The notes under the pieces are model-generated. The model saw nothing but the letters and a program-made list of their open reading frames with translations. It was not told the origin of the DNA and did not search any database. A stretch of DNA of 64,000 nt. Origin: Sphyrna mokarran. Taxonomy: Eukaryota. Location of the stretch: the NCBI GenBank assembly GCA_024679065.1, contig JAGIQG010000007.1:43214001-43278000 (forward strand). Reading direction: 5' to 3'. Position numbers and translations under genes: made by a program. This document shows positions 1-12,144 of the stretch, piece after piece. The number at the start of each line of letters is the position of its first letter. The stretch's first letter is position 1.

Positions 1-1449
1 GTATCTGTTCCTTTAAGTCTACTCAACATACATGAGAAGTTTAAAATCAACTGTTATACAACAAACCTTCTCCCATGTGAATTTGATATAAAAGATGCAA
101 GAATAGTTGAAACAGCTGTTTGAAACATAGACTTGATTTAGTTGAACGTCTGAGAGTCAATTACTTTTCAATGGGTTATGGAAATTGAACAAGCAAATGC
201 CAACAAGTGCAAGGGCCAAATCTGATTATTAAGCGCAGTTACAAAATTGTCTAACTGTAACGGTCATGCAACAATATTAGGAAGACTGTTAACTCTGATA
301 GTAAGAAAATGTTACAAAGGAGAGAAAGATTAACTTTGATACACAGGCAACGCATCTCATTGAAATCTCATTATAATTACCTGCAGTGCTTGTCACTTCT
401 GTGGTTGATGCTGTGATGGGTAAGTGTTGAAGGCGTGACACACAGTTGCTGTTGGTAATAGTTACAGCATACTACTCTGAGGTTATGTAACCCCACCACA
501 TAAATAACTGACTGGAAATGCTTTCTGCAATTTTTTTTTTGGCTATTTTTTTCTCAGTCATTAGAATGTTTAATGGCCAATACAAGTTGTAAACACAATT
601 AAAACAAATTATATACTTCAGAGGATATGATATATTTATCTATTGAATTTTCTTTTGAATCTTTTAATTTCTTCATTTAAGCTTCTAATTGAATCTCTCA
701 GTCTTTCGCAAAAACCTGGACTTGGAATTCATATTTTTGTCCAAAATTATGACACTGAGCTGAATTTAGATTATGCAGCTTGAGCATGTGCTATACACTT
801 ATTCTTCCAGGACTCATTAGCAGCGTTCAGATGTTTTTACTGATTACTCTTTTGTTTACTACTGGGCCTTTCTTTCCCTTGCCTTACTTGAAATAATTTG
901 AAAAAAAGCAAGAGGACACATTTGAAACCCATTTGAGGTGAAATTTATAATGAAAGTTTTCTGTTTATGACGAGATTGTGTAATGCAAAAAAAAACCTGC
1001 AATGCTATTTGCTTGAGGGAAATTTTTTTTTAAAAAAAACACTGATAGCATGCTAATTACATACCAGTTGCACCATTTGTTATCTGTTCTATAATTGCTA
1101 AAGGAAGTATATTAAGCTGTGAGGATTGAGAAATATTGAAATTAGCGGGAAACAAACAGGTTGGAAGGAGTAAACTTGTTTCACTTAATGTTACTTCCAT
1201 TCTCACAAAAAACTATTTATCTCGACTTGACAGTTAGAAAGTATCAATTCCAACTGCTATTGCCTGAGAAACACAACCACCAAAGGAAATGGATTGTGTG
1301 CTGTTGAAACAGGGGAGGTGTCCTATCAATTGCATCCCCATCCAATGCGACTAATTGCAATTTTAGATTGCAAAAGGCCAGACGTCTGTCAGAAGCTGAC
1401 AGGATGTTTTTTATAAATATGCATATCAGGCTCCAGTGTTTTGGGCCCA

Positions 1450-3622
1450 GCTGCAATTTTAACCTCAAGCTTAAGTGCAGGAATGGTTTAGAATTCCCTG
1501 ATGGATCAGGGGCCAGGTGACGCCCAAATAAGTTTAATTGTTGAGTTTTTTTTAAGGTTTCCTTATGAGCCAGGGAGAAGAGTGTCCTCTCGACCCCACG
1601 AAGAAACCTTTCCCTTCCTTTCTCTGGGTTCACCCCTTCTCCTGGCTGTGATCTTTCTTTATCTTCCATATTCACTTACTTGGAGACCATCATCACTGCT
1701 AGTGTGAGAGACACATTAGAAATCTAGTAACTTGGCTGGCTGCTCACCCACCTATAGTGAACAAGGAAATTCGAACTGACCTCACGTTTCAGGCAACCTG
1801 CAGCTCACACCTGAGGGTTCCTCTCAGGAGGTCCTCAATGTTGGCAGAAGCTCTTCCGTTCCTCTGCCATTGAGCCTCATATTTGAGGAGATTGCGACGG
1901 CTGAGGAGTACCCAGCCATGGCGCCAGATTCTCTCACAAAGACTTCAGGAACCAGAGAATGTCTGCCAAGGCATCAGGGCCAATGGTGCATCAGAGTCAG
2001 CAGGCAGCCTCCAATCCGGCTGCCTGCGAGGGGGAAGAACCAAGACATAGCGCTCACAAGCATTAAGTTTAAGTCGCAATGATCACATAAGTGATCTCAC
2101 AGGTGATTAATTTCTCCTTAGCATGATGTATGTATATCTCTGCCTTTAATATTAAAATGTTAAAATAAAGTGCAATGGCCTTACTGTGCTTCATGCAACT
2201 GTCCTGGTATTAATGTGCCAATCATATACAGAGGGGCAAAGTTTATTTCAGAGGTTGGGATTTGGCTTCAGAATGACAGGGATACCTCATCAACACCAAT
2301 CTGTCAGGAGGCATTTCACTTGCTATTATCTTGACCTCCATCCAGCTTTAGATTCCTAACTGAAATCCCTCTGAATCAAGGCCTTCCTGTTCTCCCTGCT
2401 TCCCATAAGTATCCTCACACTAGGATATTGCTCTTCACCTTGGCACAGTTCAGACTCCTCCTCAGACTCAACACTTGAATCAGCCTCTGCTCCTTTCTTT
2501 CCCGTTCCTGAAATTAGCTTCGAAATCCAGATTTTATTAATTGTATTTAAATTTCACCAGTTGTTGTGCTGGGATTTGTATCCAAGTAGCCAGAGATTTT
2601 GCCTGGGCCTTTGGATTATTGGTCTAGTGACATTACCATTCTGCACCATATTGCAACATTTTTATGCAATTAAAAGTCATCACTCATTTTCTGCTCGTCT
2701 GACATTGTGGAATCCCTGTGTCTTTAGAAGGTGCAGAGACAGGCTGCTCAATTCTGACTGTTGTGATATTGGTGTTGACCAACATCTTCTGATTTTTGAA
2801 GCTCATATGGGGTCTTGCTTAACATTTATCCACTTGCACTTGTACAGCAACAGTCGGGCCATCAAGACTTGATACAACATTTGTGACAATAATAAATCAA
2901 AATAAAAATATTTAGAACAATGACTAAAGCAGGGCTCGTGTTAATAGGTGAGAAGTGGAAACACTTTGAAGCGAGTTCCCACTTCCCTCTCTCCTTTCAC
3001 TATTTTCTCTCTTAAGACCACACACATTTCCCTGTGTACATGGAGTTGGAAAACACTTTGCTACAGATCAGTAAAGTGTCAAACGGCCAATGATAGACGT
3101 TCATTATTTGTCAGCTGGCATTCAGAAAGTGCAGACTATTGCTGAGGGTCTGCATTCACTCCTTGGACTGGTCCACTTGATATCGCATGTAGGTGACCAC
3201 ACGATCCATGGATGAAGAAATCACTGCAACAGCCTGCAACATCATGCTGCTGTGATTGAGATGCACTCCTCCAAACTCTTTGCAAGTGTCCACAGTTCAG
3301 ATGGAAAGCCTGCCAATACTTGGCTGTAAAAGCATTTACCTCAACATCTCTTCTTTAAGTCGTTGGGTTTTCCGAGGCCCAGGAAACCTAGCTGCCTTTG
3401 ATTAAAAATAGAATGACTATCAAAATGAAGACTCACAGCCTTCTCACAATATTTCAATAATCAATCCAGTTCCCATGAGCTGACTGGTCATCTGGTTCTT
3501 ATCCCTCCACTGTTAAAATTTGAAGGGATGCAATTGTTCAAGATGAGTTTGGCTCCTGTTCCAGATTTTTTTGTATTTAAAATGACTCCACGCCAGCCTG
3601 TTTTTGGAAGTTAAAATTCAAC
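1450..3622. mobile_element. Degenerate TIR (Harbinger-like) DNA transposon relic
   Basis: Imperfect inverted ends (gctgcaattttaacc ~1450 / gttaaaattcaacc ~3610-3622) of the same style as other TIR elements in the window, with a GC-richer, stop-ridden interior. The family assignment is inference. Confidence 0.3.
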
Positions 3623-3661
3623 CATTGTGTGAGTTAAGATGGACCTGATTGTACTTACCTT

Positions 3662-5130
3662 TAGAATAAGTAAGAACACAATAAAGAGAATTAAGAGTAG
3701 ACCATCAAGACTGTTCCATCATTCAATAAGATAATGGCTGAATATTTATAGCTGCAACCCTTTCCTACCCTACCTATATCTCCCTTGATTCCCTTAGCAC
3801 TCAAACATTTATCGATCTTAGTTTTAATTTTCCTCAATGACTGAGCATCCACTGCTTCCTGGGAATAGAATTCCAAAGATATACTACCCTCTACATGAAG
3901 TAGTTTCTCATCATCTCAGTTTCAGATGCTTGACCCTTTATGCTGAACATATGACCCCTGTCCCAAAATCTTCAGCCAAGAGAAACAGTCTCCAAACATT
4001 TATCATGCCTTTCAAAAATTTCATTCAGAGAATTTAGGCCATTCTATTTAATGTCTCCGCATATGATAGCCTTCTCATCCCAGGACTCAATCAAGCGAAT
4101 ATTTGTTACATTATTTGTAAGGCACGTAAATGCTTCTTTAAGTGCCACAAGAATCCTGTTTCCTTTTACTCAAACATTTTGCAAAAAAACCTAAAACACC
4201 ATTTGTCTTCCTAATTGTTTGCTGTACTTATCTTAACGTTTTTGATTCATGTACAGGGACTTCCAGAATGCTTCTGAATACCAATATCCACTAATCTTTC
4301 ATCTTCAGACAACACTATGTTTTCCTGAGCACAGTGGATAACTTCACACTTTTTTACAATAAACTCTGTTTGCCATCTTCTTTATCAACCACTAAACTAG
4401 TCTACATCCTGTCATAATCTCTGTGCCCCCTTCACAGCTTATTTCCCCAACTAACTTTTTCTTGTCAGCAAAATTCGATACATCACACTCAATGTCTTCA
4501 TTGAAGTTAAATAACTGAGACCCAAGCACTGATCCTTGTGGCATTCCAACCCAGAAATGGCCCGTTTATTCCTACTTTGTTTTCTGTTTGTTAACCTACT
4601 CTCAATCCATGGTGATATATTCATCCGAATTCCATAAGCCCTAATTTTGTGTAACAGCATTGAACGTCATCTAAAAATCTAAATATTCTACATCCACTGG
4701 TTCTCTCTTATCTACCCATTTAGACCATAAAAAGTTAGAACATTTATCAAGTATAATTTCCGTTTCATAAAAGCCTGCTGACTCAACCTAATGATTTATG
4801 ATTTTCCAAATGCCCTGTTACCATGTCCTCAATAATAGATTCTGTCATTTTCCTAATGACTGATGCCAAATTCAATTGCCTATAGTTCCTTGTTTTGTCT
4901 CTCCTTTCTTTCCTACTCAAATTCATGTTTAAAATCCAGGCAGTTTTGGAACATCATAGCCATTGTCATTGCAGCCATCTCTTCTAAAAACTTAGAGCGT
5001 AAGTCATGAGGATATTGTTAGCTTTCAGTCCTATTAATTTTTGCTGTACTTTGTTTTACAAATATTGATTACTTTCAAATGACAACTCACATTAAATGCT
5101 TGCATTCTCACAAATTATGATTGCTTTTGA
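3662..5130 (-). mobile_element. CR1/HER1-type LINE, 3' part (RT + 3' tail), degenerate
   Basis: Minus-strand peptide remnants LLHKIRAYGI..WIESRLTNRKQ and FYSQEAVDAQSL..KTKIDKCL..KGIKG match CR1 ORF2. A short-repeat 3' tail lies at ~3662-3690. Confidence 0.8.
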
Positions 5131-5199
5131 AGACAGACTTAAAATATGTTAGACATAGATATATTGAGTATAGTAGTCTAGGAGGAACAATGGACAGCA

Positions 5200-7125
5200 T
5201 AATTATAAAGAAAGAGGAAATATGCAAAAGGTTGGAATCCTTGAAAGTTGATAGGTTGCCAGGGCAGATGGATTGTTTCTGAGGCTGTTGAAAAAGTTCA
5301 GAGGGGAGATGGCAGGTGCTCTAAGGATGATTTTCCAATCCTCACTAGAAGCGGGATGGCATGGTGGCACAGCACTTAACACTGCTGCCTCACAGCTCCA
5401 TGGATCTGGGTTCGATTCCTGTCCTGGGTCATTTGTGGAGTTTGTACATTCAACCCCTGTCTGTGTGGGTTTCCTCCGGATGTTCTGGTTTCCTCCCACA
5501 GTTCAAAGATGTGCAAATTAGATTGATTGGCCGTGCTAAATTGTTCCTTAATGTCTCAGGATGCGTAGGTTAGAGAGATTAGTGATGCAAATGTGTGGGG
5601 TTGCGGAGATAGGTCCTGGGTGGGATTGTTGTCAATGCAGGCTCGATGGGCTGAATGGCCTCCTTCTGTACTGCAGAGATTCTATGATTCTCTGATACAG
5701 AGGAGGAAGTGGAGGATTGGAGAAATGCAAACATAGTTCTATCATTTTAAAAGGGGCCAAAGAAAATGCCAAACAATTCTAGGCAGGTTAGTGTTACATC
5801 AATGGTGGGCAAGTTAGTAGAATCAATCCCAAGCGATAGAATTAACTGTTCCATCGAAAAACATAGATTAGTTGGCATGGATGACTGGTCAGCATGGATT
5901 TGCTAAAGGAAGGTCTTGCCTCACAAACTTGATTGAAGTATTTGAGGAAGTGATACGAAAGCTGGATCAAGGTAATACAGTGGAAGTTGTGTACATGGAT
6001 TTTAGCAAGGTGTTTGACAAGATCCCACATGGCAGATTGGTAAAAAAAACTAAAAGCCCATAGGATACAGAGTGATGTGGCAAACTGCATAAAAAGCTGT
6101 CTTAGTAACAGGAAACAAAGGCTAATTGTCAATGGATACCTTGTGAATGGAAAGTTATTTCAAGTTGTGTTACACAGAGTTTGGTCTTGAGACTTTTGCT
6201 GTTTGTGTTCTATTTTAATGGCTTGGATTTGAACCTGGGGGCATGATTGGGAAACTTGCAGATGACACAAGATTTGGCCAAGTAGTGGATAGTGTACAGC
6301 ATAGCTATAATATCCAAAATGATATGTGGGTGCTAAAGTGACAGATGGATTTTAACATAGAAAGCGTGAAGTCATGCATTTCGGGAGATCAAACAGTTAT
6401 AGGGAATACACAATAAATGTGAACATACTGAGAAGGGTAGATGAAGTGAGAGATCATGGTGTGCAAGTACACAGGTCCCTAAAGACAGCAATTCAAGTAG
6501 ACAAGGTTTTAAAGAACACATATGGAATGTTCTCATTGGCAAAGGTATAGAATATAAAAGTAAGATTATAATGTTGTATAAACACTCGCAAGGCCACAGC
6601 TGGAATATTATGCACAGTTCTGGTCACTACTTTGCAAGAAAGACATAATTGTTCTGGAGACAATGCAGAGGAGGTTTACAGGAATGTTGCCGGGAGTAGA
6701 AAAATTAGCTATGAGGAGAGATTGGCTAGGTTGGGGTTATTTTTCTTGGTTGAGGGGTGACTTGATTGAGGTATGAAAAATTATGCAGACAAAAAAACAG
6801 AGTGGACAAGATAAATTTGTTATCCTTGCCGGAGCGTTCTGGAATCAGAGGACATTGATCAAACTAAGTGGCAGTAGGTTTAAAGGGGACATGAGGAAGA
6901 ACTTTTTTTGCAGGCATCTGGAATTCTCTACCCAAGGTGGAGGCAGAGACCCCAAACTTTTTCACAAAGTACCTGGACCTGCACCTTAGGTGCTGTAAGT
7001 TACAGAGTTATGCAGAAAGATGGGATTAGAAAGGACACCTGGCTGTCCTCAGACTGGCAGGGACAAGATGAATAGAATAGCCTCTTTAGGTTCTGTAGCT
7101 TTTTCTTTAGTTCTATGTTCTCTGT
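5200..7125 (+). mobile_element. CR1/HER1-type LINE (RT to 3' tail), 5'-truncated, interrupted by an HE1 SINE
   Basis: QHGFAKGRSCLTNLIEVFEEV..VVYMDFSKVFDKIPHGRLV (5872-6063), a degenerate ADDT motif at ~6258, and a ttctatgttct tail at ~7110-7125. Confidence 0.9.
5352..5690 (+). mobile_element. HE1-type shark V-SINE (tRNA-derived)
   Basis: A-box-like ggtggcacag, B-box ggttcgattcc, V-domain gtgggtttcctccgg, and a CR1-derived tail aatggcctccttctg..gattctatgattct. Confidence 0.9.
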
Positions 7126-7177
7126 GTTTATTGCACCTGCCATTTCCTTTCTCTCCATTATAAATTCACTAGTCTCT

Positions 7178-8122
7178 GTGTCTAATTTTACTATTAAGTT
7201 GCACCCATTTTCAGGCATGGAAACTTGGTAAAGTCAGGTGTGAGGTGAGTAGCGCGACCTGTGCCCACATCCGCGCCGGTTCCTCTTTTACCAAGGGCCG
7301 AAAATAGCCGTCATCTGGACTGTGCCTGAAATGGGCATTTGCAAGCATTTAAATTGACTCAATGGACTGCATTCCCAAACTAACCAACACGTCCCCCTCT
7401 ACCACTGCGTTTGCCCATCCAGATTCAGCGCGAAACAAATAGTCCGCAAAAAGGTAAGTTCCAAGCTTCCGGAGGCTGTTTGGGTCAGATCAGTGGCAGT
7501 GGTGGGGGGAAGCAGGTCAGATGGCTCTCTGGTGAGGAAAGTGAGGGAGACAGGTCAGATGGTTCTCTATTGGGAAGGGTGGGGGGCAGGGGTGAGGGTG
7601 GGTGCGAAAGGGATCTGCTGCCATTCTGCGTGTAATCGGTATGGGATCGGGGGGTATGCTGCTACTTTGCGTGTGTTTGGTTGGGGTGGGGGTCCTCTGC
7701 CAGTCTGCATGTGATCAGTAGGAGAGAAGTGGGGGGATCCACTAACACTCTGTGTGTGATCGATGGTGGGAGGGGGAGAAGCTAGCGATTGCTCTGGGTG
7801 ATGTGGAGGTGAGGGGGTAAAAGTGTCAGATATGTTGTGGGGGTGGGGCAATGTCTGTGGGGACCAGGGGGAGACACTATCCCGGCTGGGAGTGATATGG
7901 CAGGGGAGTGTTTTTCTATTTTTTTTATTGTGCATGTTGGCATTGATCGGAGCTGCAGCATTTCAGGTGCGATAAGCCCCATACACAGCACAATTCAGAA
8001 TTACTGATTCTTTCAGGCAGTGTGCGTATGGGGTGCCTGAGAAAAGGGCTAAAAGTCGGATCTGAAATGCTCGAGTTTCAACTCCGCCCAGCACTTAGAA
8101 TTAAAACGGTAAAAAAGGGCCT
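7178..8122. mobile_element. Non-autonomous TIR element with G-rich interior
   Basis: Imperfect inverted ends (gtctaattttac / ggtaaaaaagggcct). It interrupts the minus-strand CR1 relic and has a low-complexity G-rich core. Confidence 0.45.
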
Positions 8123-8149
8123 AATGTCTCTCAGGGACCCACACTTACC

Positions 8150-9060
8150 ATCACAAATCTCTGCCTTTTTGCTTACTTGTATTCTTACATACTTCTATAA
8201 TCTGCTTTATATTTTTTGCTAATTTACACTCAATTCTATCTTCCCCTGCTTTATAATTTCTTGATTATCATTTGCTCATTTTTATAACCCACCACTCCTG
8301 TCAATTCTCAGTTTTACTATTATTTTTGGTAACATGATAATTCTTTTTCCTTTTAACCCAATATTATCCTTGACATCTCTAATTAGCCACGGCTGCACAA
8401 TTTTTTCAAGAGAAATTTTATATCTCAAGGGAATGTATATAAATTGAGAATAATTAAGTATTTCTTGAAATATTTGTCATTCTTTGCATAAAATTATCAC
8501 CAGAATTCTATTGCCCCACTTGCCATGGTATCTGAGTGGGTGATGGGTGGTCAATGAAAATGTCCATTGACTCCAGGCGGAATATTCCAGCCTTATGTTG
8601 AGTGAGGCCGTAAAATTGTGCCCCCACGTTTTAATCTAATTTCCTCTTTTATCTCTGTCCTCATAGCTCTGAAATTAGATTGTGTGAATTTAACACTGCA
8701 GCTTTGGATTAAATCATCCTCTCTTAAACTTAATATGAAATTCTGTCTTATTGTGATCATTCTTTCCAGAGGATTGTTTACTATATGATTACAATTCAAT
8801 CTTGTCTGATTGCATATCCTGGATCTAAAATAATCTGTTCCCTGACTGATTCCTTGCAATACGTTCTGGAAAATTATCCAGAATGTATCCCTTGAATTAA
8901 TTGTCCAAAGTACTTTTGCCAATTTTGTTTGCCCAGTCTATCTGAAGATTAAAATCCTATTGGATTATTATATTACCCTTGTTACACGTTCCTATTTTCC
9001 TAAGTTATATTTTGTCCAACATTGTAAATACTCTTTGAAGGTCGATAAACTACTTCATGA
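8150..9060 (-). mobile_element. CR1-type LINE, endonuclease-region fragment
   Basis: ORF 8593-8922 contains frameshifted remnants resembling the CR1 ORF2 APE-endonuclease C-terminal motifs (..ICNQTRLNCNHIVNNPLE..). It is probably the 5' continuation of 3662-5130. Confidence 0.6.
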
Positions 9061-9167
9061 TTAGAACGCCTGCAGGTACTCCCTCTGTAAGTTCACGTAT
9101 GAAAAATGTCCACTTTAGTGACAAAGCAGAGGATAACTAACACTCATGAGATCATATCATAGTTTCA

Positions 9168-9280
9168 CTGAAGAGGGTTCTGATAAAAGGTCACAATCTG
9201 AAATGTTGACTTTATTTCTCTCTCCGCAGATACTGGTTGATCTGTTGAGTATTTCCAACATTTTCTATTTTTATTTCACT
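9168..9280 (+). mobile_element. Penelope-like element terminal fragment with decayed hammerhead motif
   Basis: ctgataaaaggtcacaatctgaaatgttgactttatttctctctccgcagatactg..ctgttgagtatttccaacatttt resembles the common fish/shark Penelope pLTR sequence. Confidence 0.6.
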
Positions 9281-10679
9281 GGAGGAAGGTCTTGAAATAA
9301 TAGAGATGAATTTGCTCAAAGTGCACAAATAATTCACAACACGATATTACAAACCACAGTCAGTTCCCCTCATATCTTGCCTGACATTTCATTCTTAGCC
9401 TATTGGTTTGACAGTTTTGAAGGTATTTAAAATTTAGGTTCAGCCTGGGAATCAGTTAAGATACGAGAACTGAAAACCTCAATAATAACATTAGAAAAGA
9501 CTCAAAAATATTAACAGTCACCATATATATTTTCTATGAAAGATTGTTGGTTACGAACTAAGATCATAAATATCGACTGATGGCACATCTTCCCTGGAAC
9601 ATGTTTATCACCAGCCTTACTGTTGTCCTGATCAAAATATGTTAACCAAGCACTGAGCAGGAATCAAATCTGGAATTATTTTGGTCTGTGGCTCAATTCC
9701 ACATTAGTAAAAATATTAACAGCTGAGTAGGAAGGATATCTATGCCTGAATGCATCAACCAAAATTGCCGTTTCAAATATTTGCCATGTGGCAGCTGGCC
9801 AAAGATAAAAGCTACCTTAAATAAAGTTCTCTGTACTCTAGGTATAGCAAAGTTCTAAATGTGTTTGTTATAAATGTGTTTACAGTTTCACTCCATCTGA
9901 TGCTACAGAGAAAAACCTCTTCTTATAAGTATTAGTCATTCCACCATGGCTATCATGTCCTGATTTTAACTTCTTGAATTATTTTTATTTTCAATAAAAT
10001 ATTCAATGAATAACTAGAATGTCATGGTTATCTGATTTATAAAAAATACCACCATAAGCAATGTGATTCATTTCACATTTCCCATTTATAAGATAAAAAT
10101 ATTTTGAAACTGTTTATTGAATATCCTAAATTTTGAAAATGGCTAAAATAATGATTATTTAGTTCTGACAGCAAATATGTTGCATCAGAATATGTTAGAT
10201 TGTACATTTATAAATAAAGCTTTATACCAGGTGGCATTATATAACAAAATACATACTGTATCTGCAGCAAACCCTTGCAATGTGATGGCAAACAAACTGT
10301 CGAGAATTGACAGGTGTGTATTCATCAAAAAGCAAATGTTAAATTATTCACTTTTAACATCCCTTGCTTGTTACACGTGCAGTATAGAACAGCACCAACT
10401 GTCTGTTTATATCCCACTCTTTTTGGAATACTGTTATTACAACCATAGACAATTAATTGAGAATTCACGCTGCTTCATAGGCATTAAACAATCTTTCCTG
10501 AATATTATGGCGTACAAATTTATCTTGAGGAGGGGGCATGGCAGTAATATGCCTCCTCCCCCAATATTTAGATTTTTAAAACGGATAGCTTATTCCGTGC
10601 TGCGTAATGTATTGTTTGTTTATTGACTATCACCTACAAATGCACAGTGCAATTTAAAATTGCTGTTTTATTTGGGAGA

Positions 10680-12116
10680 TATCAGGAGACGCGACACTTT
10701 AAAAGTATCTGTGCGCCACATGGGAGGGTGTGTGGTACTTTCAAGTCCTGAAGGCAGCAGTTAAAGTCAGTGTCAGTTCAGCTGGAGTGTTGGCCCCTTG
10801 TCTTGTGAAGAGTATTATTGTCTTGGATAGATGGACCAGGGTTGGCAGCAACGGGTGTTATTTTCTTGTTGTTTGTGGAGCAGGTGGCAGAGCCCAGCAG
10901 GTGGGGACTGAGCGCCTGGCTCTGGGAGGGCAGCGGCTTCCCCTGGCAGGCGGAGCGAGCGCTGCATCCTGTGTGCAGACAAGGCAAGAAGCCGGCGCTG
11001 AGGGCAAAACCCGCCCCAGCTTGCGGGGGTCCTGCTCACTGAAAGAACAACACACGATCAGCCTTGATAGTTCAGTGCACCTTGGTGGAACCCTTCATCT
11101 GGCCCATGCAGTTGAGGTACTGTGCAAATGACCTGCATCTTCCACATAAAAGAATGTATATAAATTAAGGATTTCAAGTTATGTTCTAAAACCGTGTTGT
11201 GCATGCAAAAAAAAAATCAGAATGGAAAATGTAGCAGCTGTGTTTCGTATCGTTTAGCTGAATGTTGGGCGGGGGGGGGGGGGGGGTTTGAATAAAGCTA
11301 ACAGACTGGAAAGAAGCCAGCAGATAGAGAGGGGGTGGGGGTGGATTATGATGCATTCAGTGGAGCTGGATTCTGGAAGTCCCGTTTTTTTAATAGCAGA
11401 TCGCGATAAGACACAGGGAGAGGAGCTCTGGGGGCAGGAGCAGATGGCAGCAGAGAAGGAAAAGTGTTTGAAAAGCCCGAATGCAAGCAGCAGCCCTTCC
11501 CACTGAGAGGTGCCGGCAGCCGGGGAAAGCAGGCAGCAAGAGATCAGGCTGCAGGCACACACAGAAAGAGGGAGAGGGAGACACTCTGCCAGTTTATTGT
11601 TAACATATACTTGACCTCCTCACCCCTTCACGACACAGATGTCTGCTCTACCTCTTTCAACTCCCCCCTGGCTAAACCCCACCCACTCTGCACCTGGGCA
11701 GTGAGTAAGCAGCCCTCCAGAGTTCAGGCTGCTCTCCACACTCTCCTTCCCTCATTCAGCTGGGAGCTTGCTGAAGCCACACTGTCTCTGCGGCACATCC
11801 ATGGAGGGCGGCTGCCTGGACTTTCTCTTCCTGACATCGCGACGATCCTGAGCCTGCTGGGGTCTGAAGGAAGAACTCGTTCGTATTTTTTTCTTCTTTC
11901 GAGAGAGTTTTTTTTTGTTCCTTTCCCTATCCTTACCCCTGAAGTTTACAATAAATCTTCTTGTGTTGGGAAAGTTTGCAGCATTTTCTTCACTTTTGGA
12001 GCTGACGGATCTGCCTCTGGCTGCAGGGAGAAACTTGCATTCCTTTTTTCCTCTCAAGTTTTTTCCCCCTCTCTCTGGCCAAGCTCTGGAACTTCTATAA
12101 TTTAATAAATAGGCGA
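10680..12116 (+). promoter_or_regulatory. Putative distal RUNX1T1 promoter and 5' UTR (CpG/GC-enriched)
   Basis: Local GC and CpG enrichment against AT-rich flanks, GC boxes (ccgccc ~11011; gggcgg 11267), a G16 run and GA-rich tracts, lying directly upstream of a candidate first coding exon. Confidence 0.6.
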
Positions 12117-12144
12117 ATGGTTGGAATCTCTGGATCTTATCAAA
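12117..12144 (+). CDS. RUNX1T1: RUNX1T1 alternative first coding exon (MVGISGSYQ-N)
   Basis: ATG GTT GGA ATC TCT GGA TCT TAT CAA A is followed by a consensus donor gtaagt (12145). Phase 1 joins AT CGC at 47291 to give MVGISGSYQNRTEKRST. It resembles the recalled MVG-type N-termini of RUNX1T1/CBFA2T2 isoforms. Confidence 0.8.

Noticed and set aside
11639-11710. Possible extra coding first exon (ATG 11639, donors gtgagt 11701 or gtaagc 11705)
   Set aside because: It ends in phase 2 or at a TGA, so it is incompatible with exon 2. A non-coding exon remains possible but is unsupported.
11464-12105. 213-aa ORF, and other ORFs at 10730-12165, as protein-coding genes
   Set aside because: They have no recognisable domain, low-complexity composition, and overlap on both strands in a GC-rich promoter/UTR.
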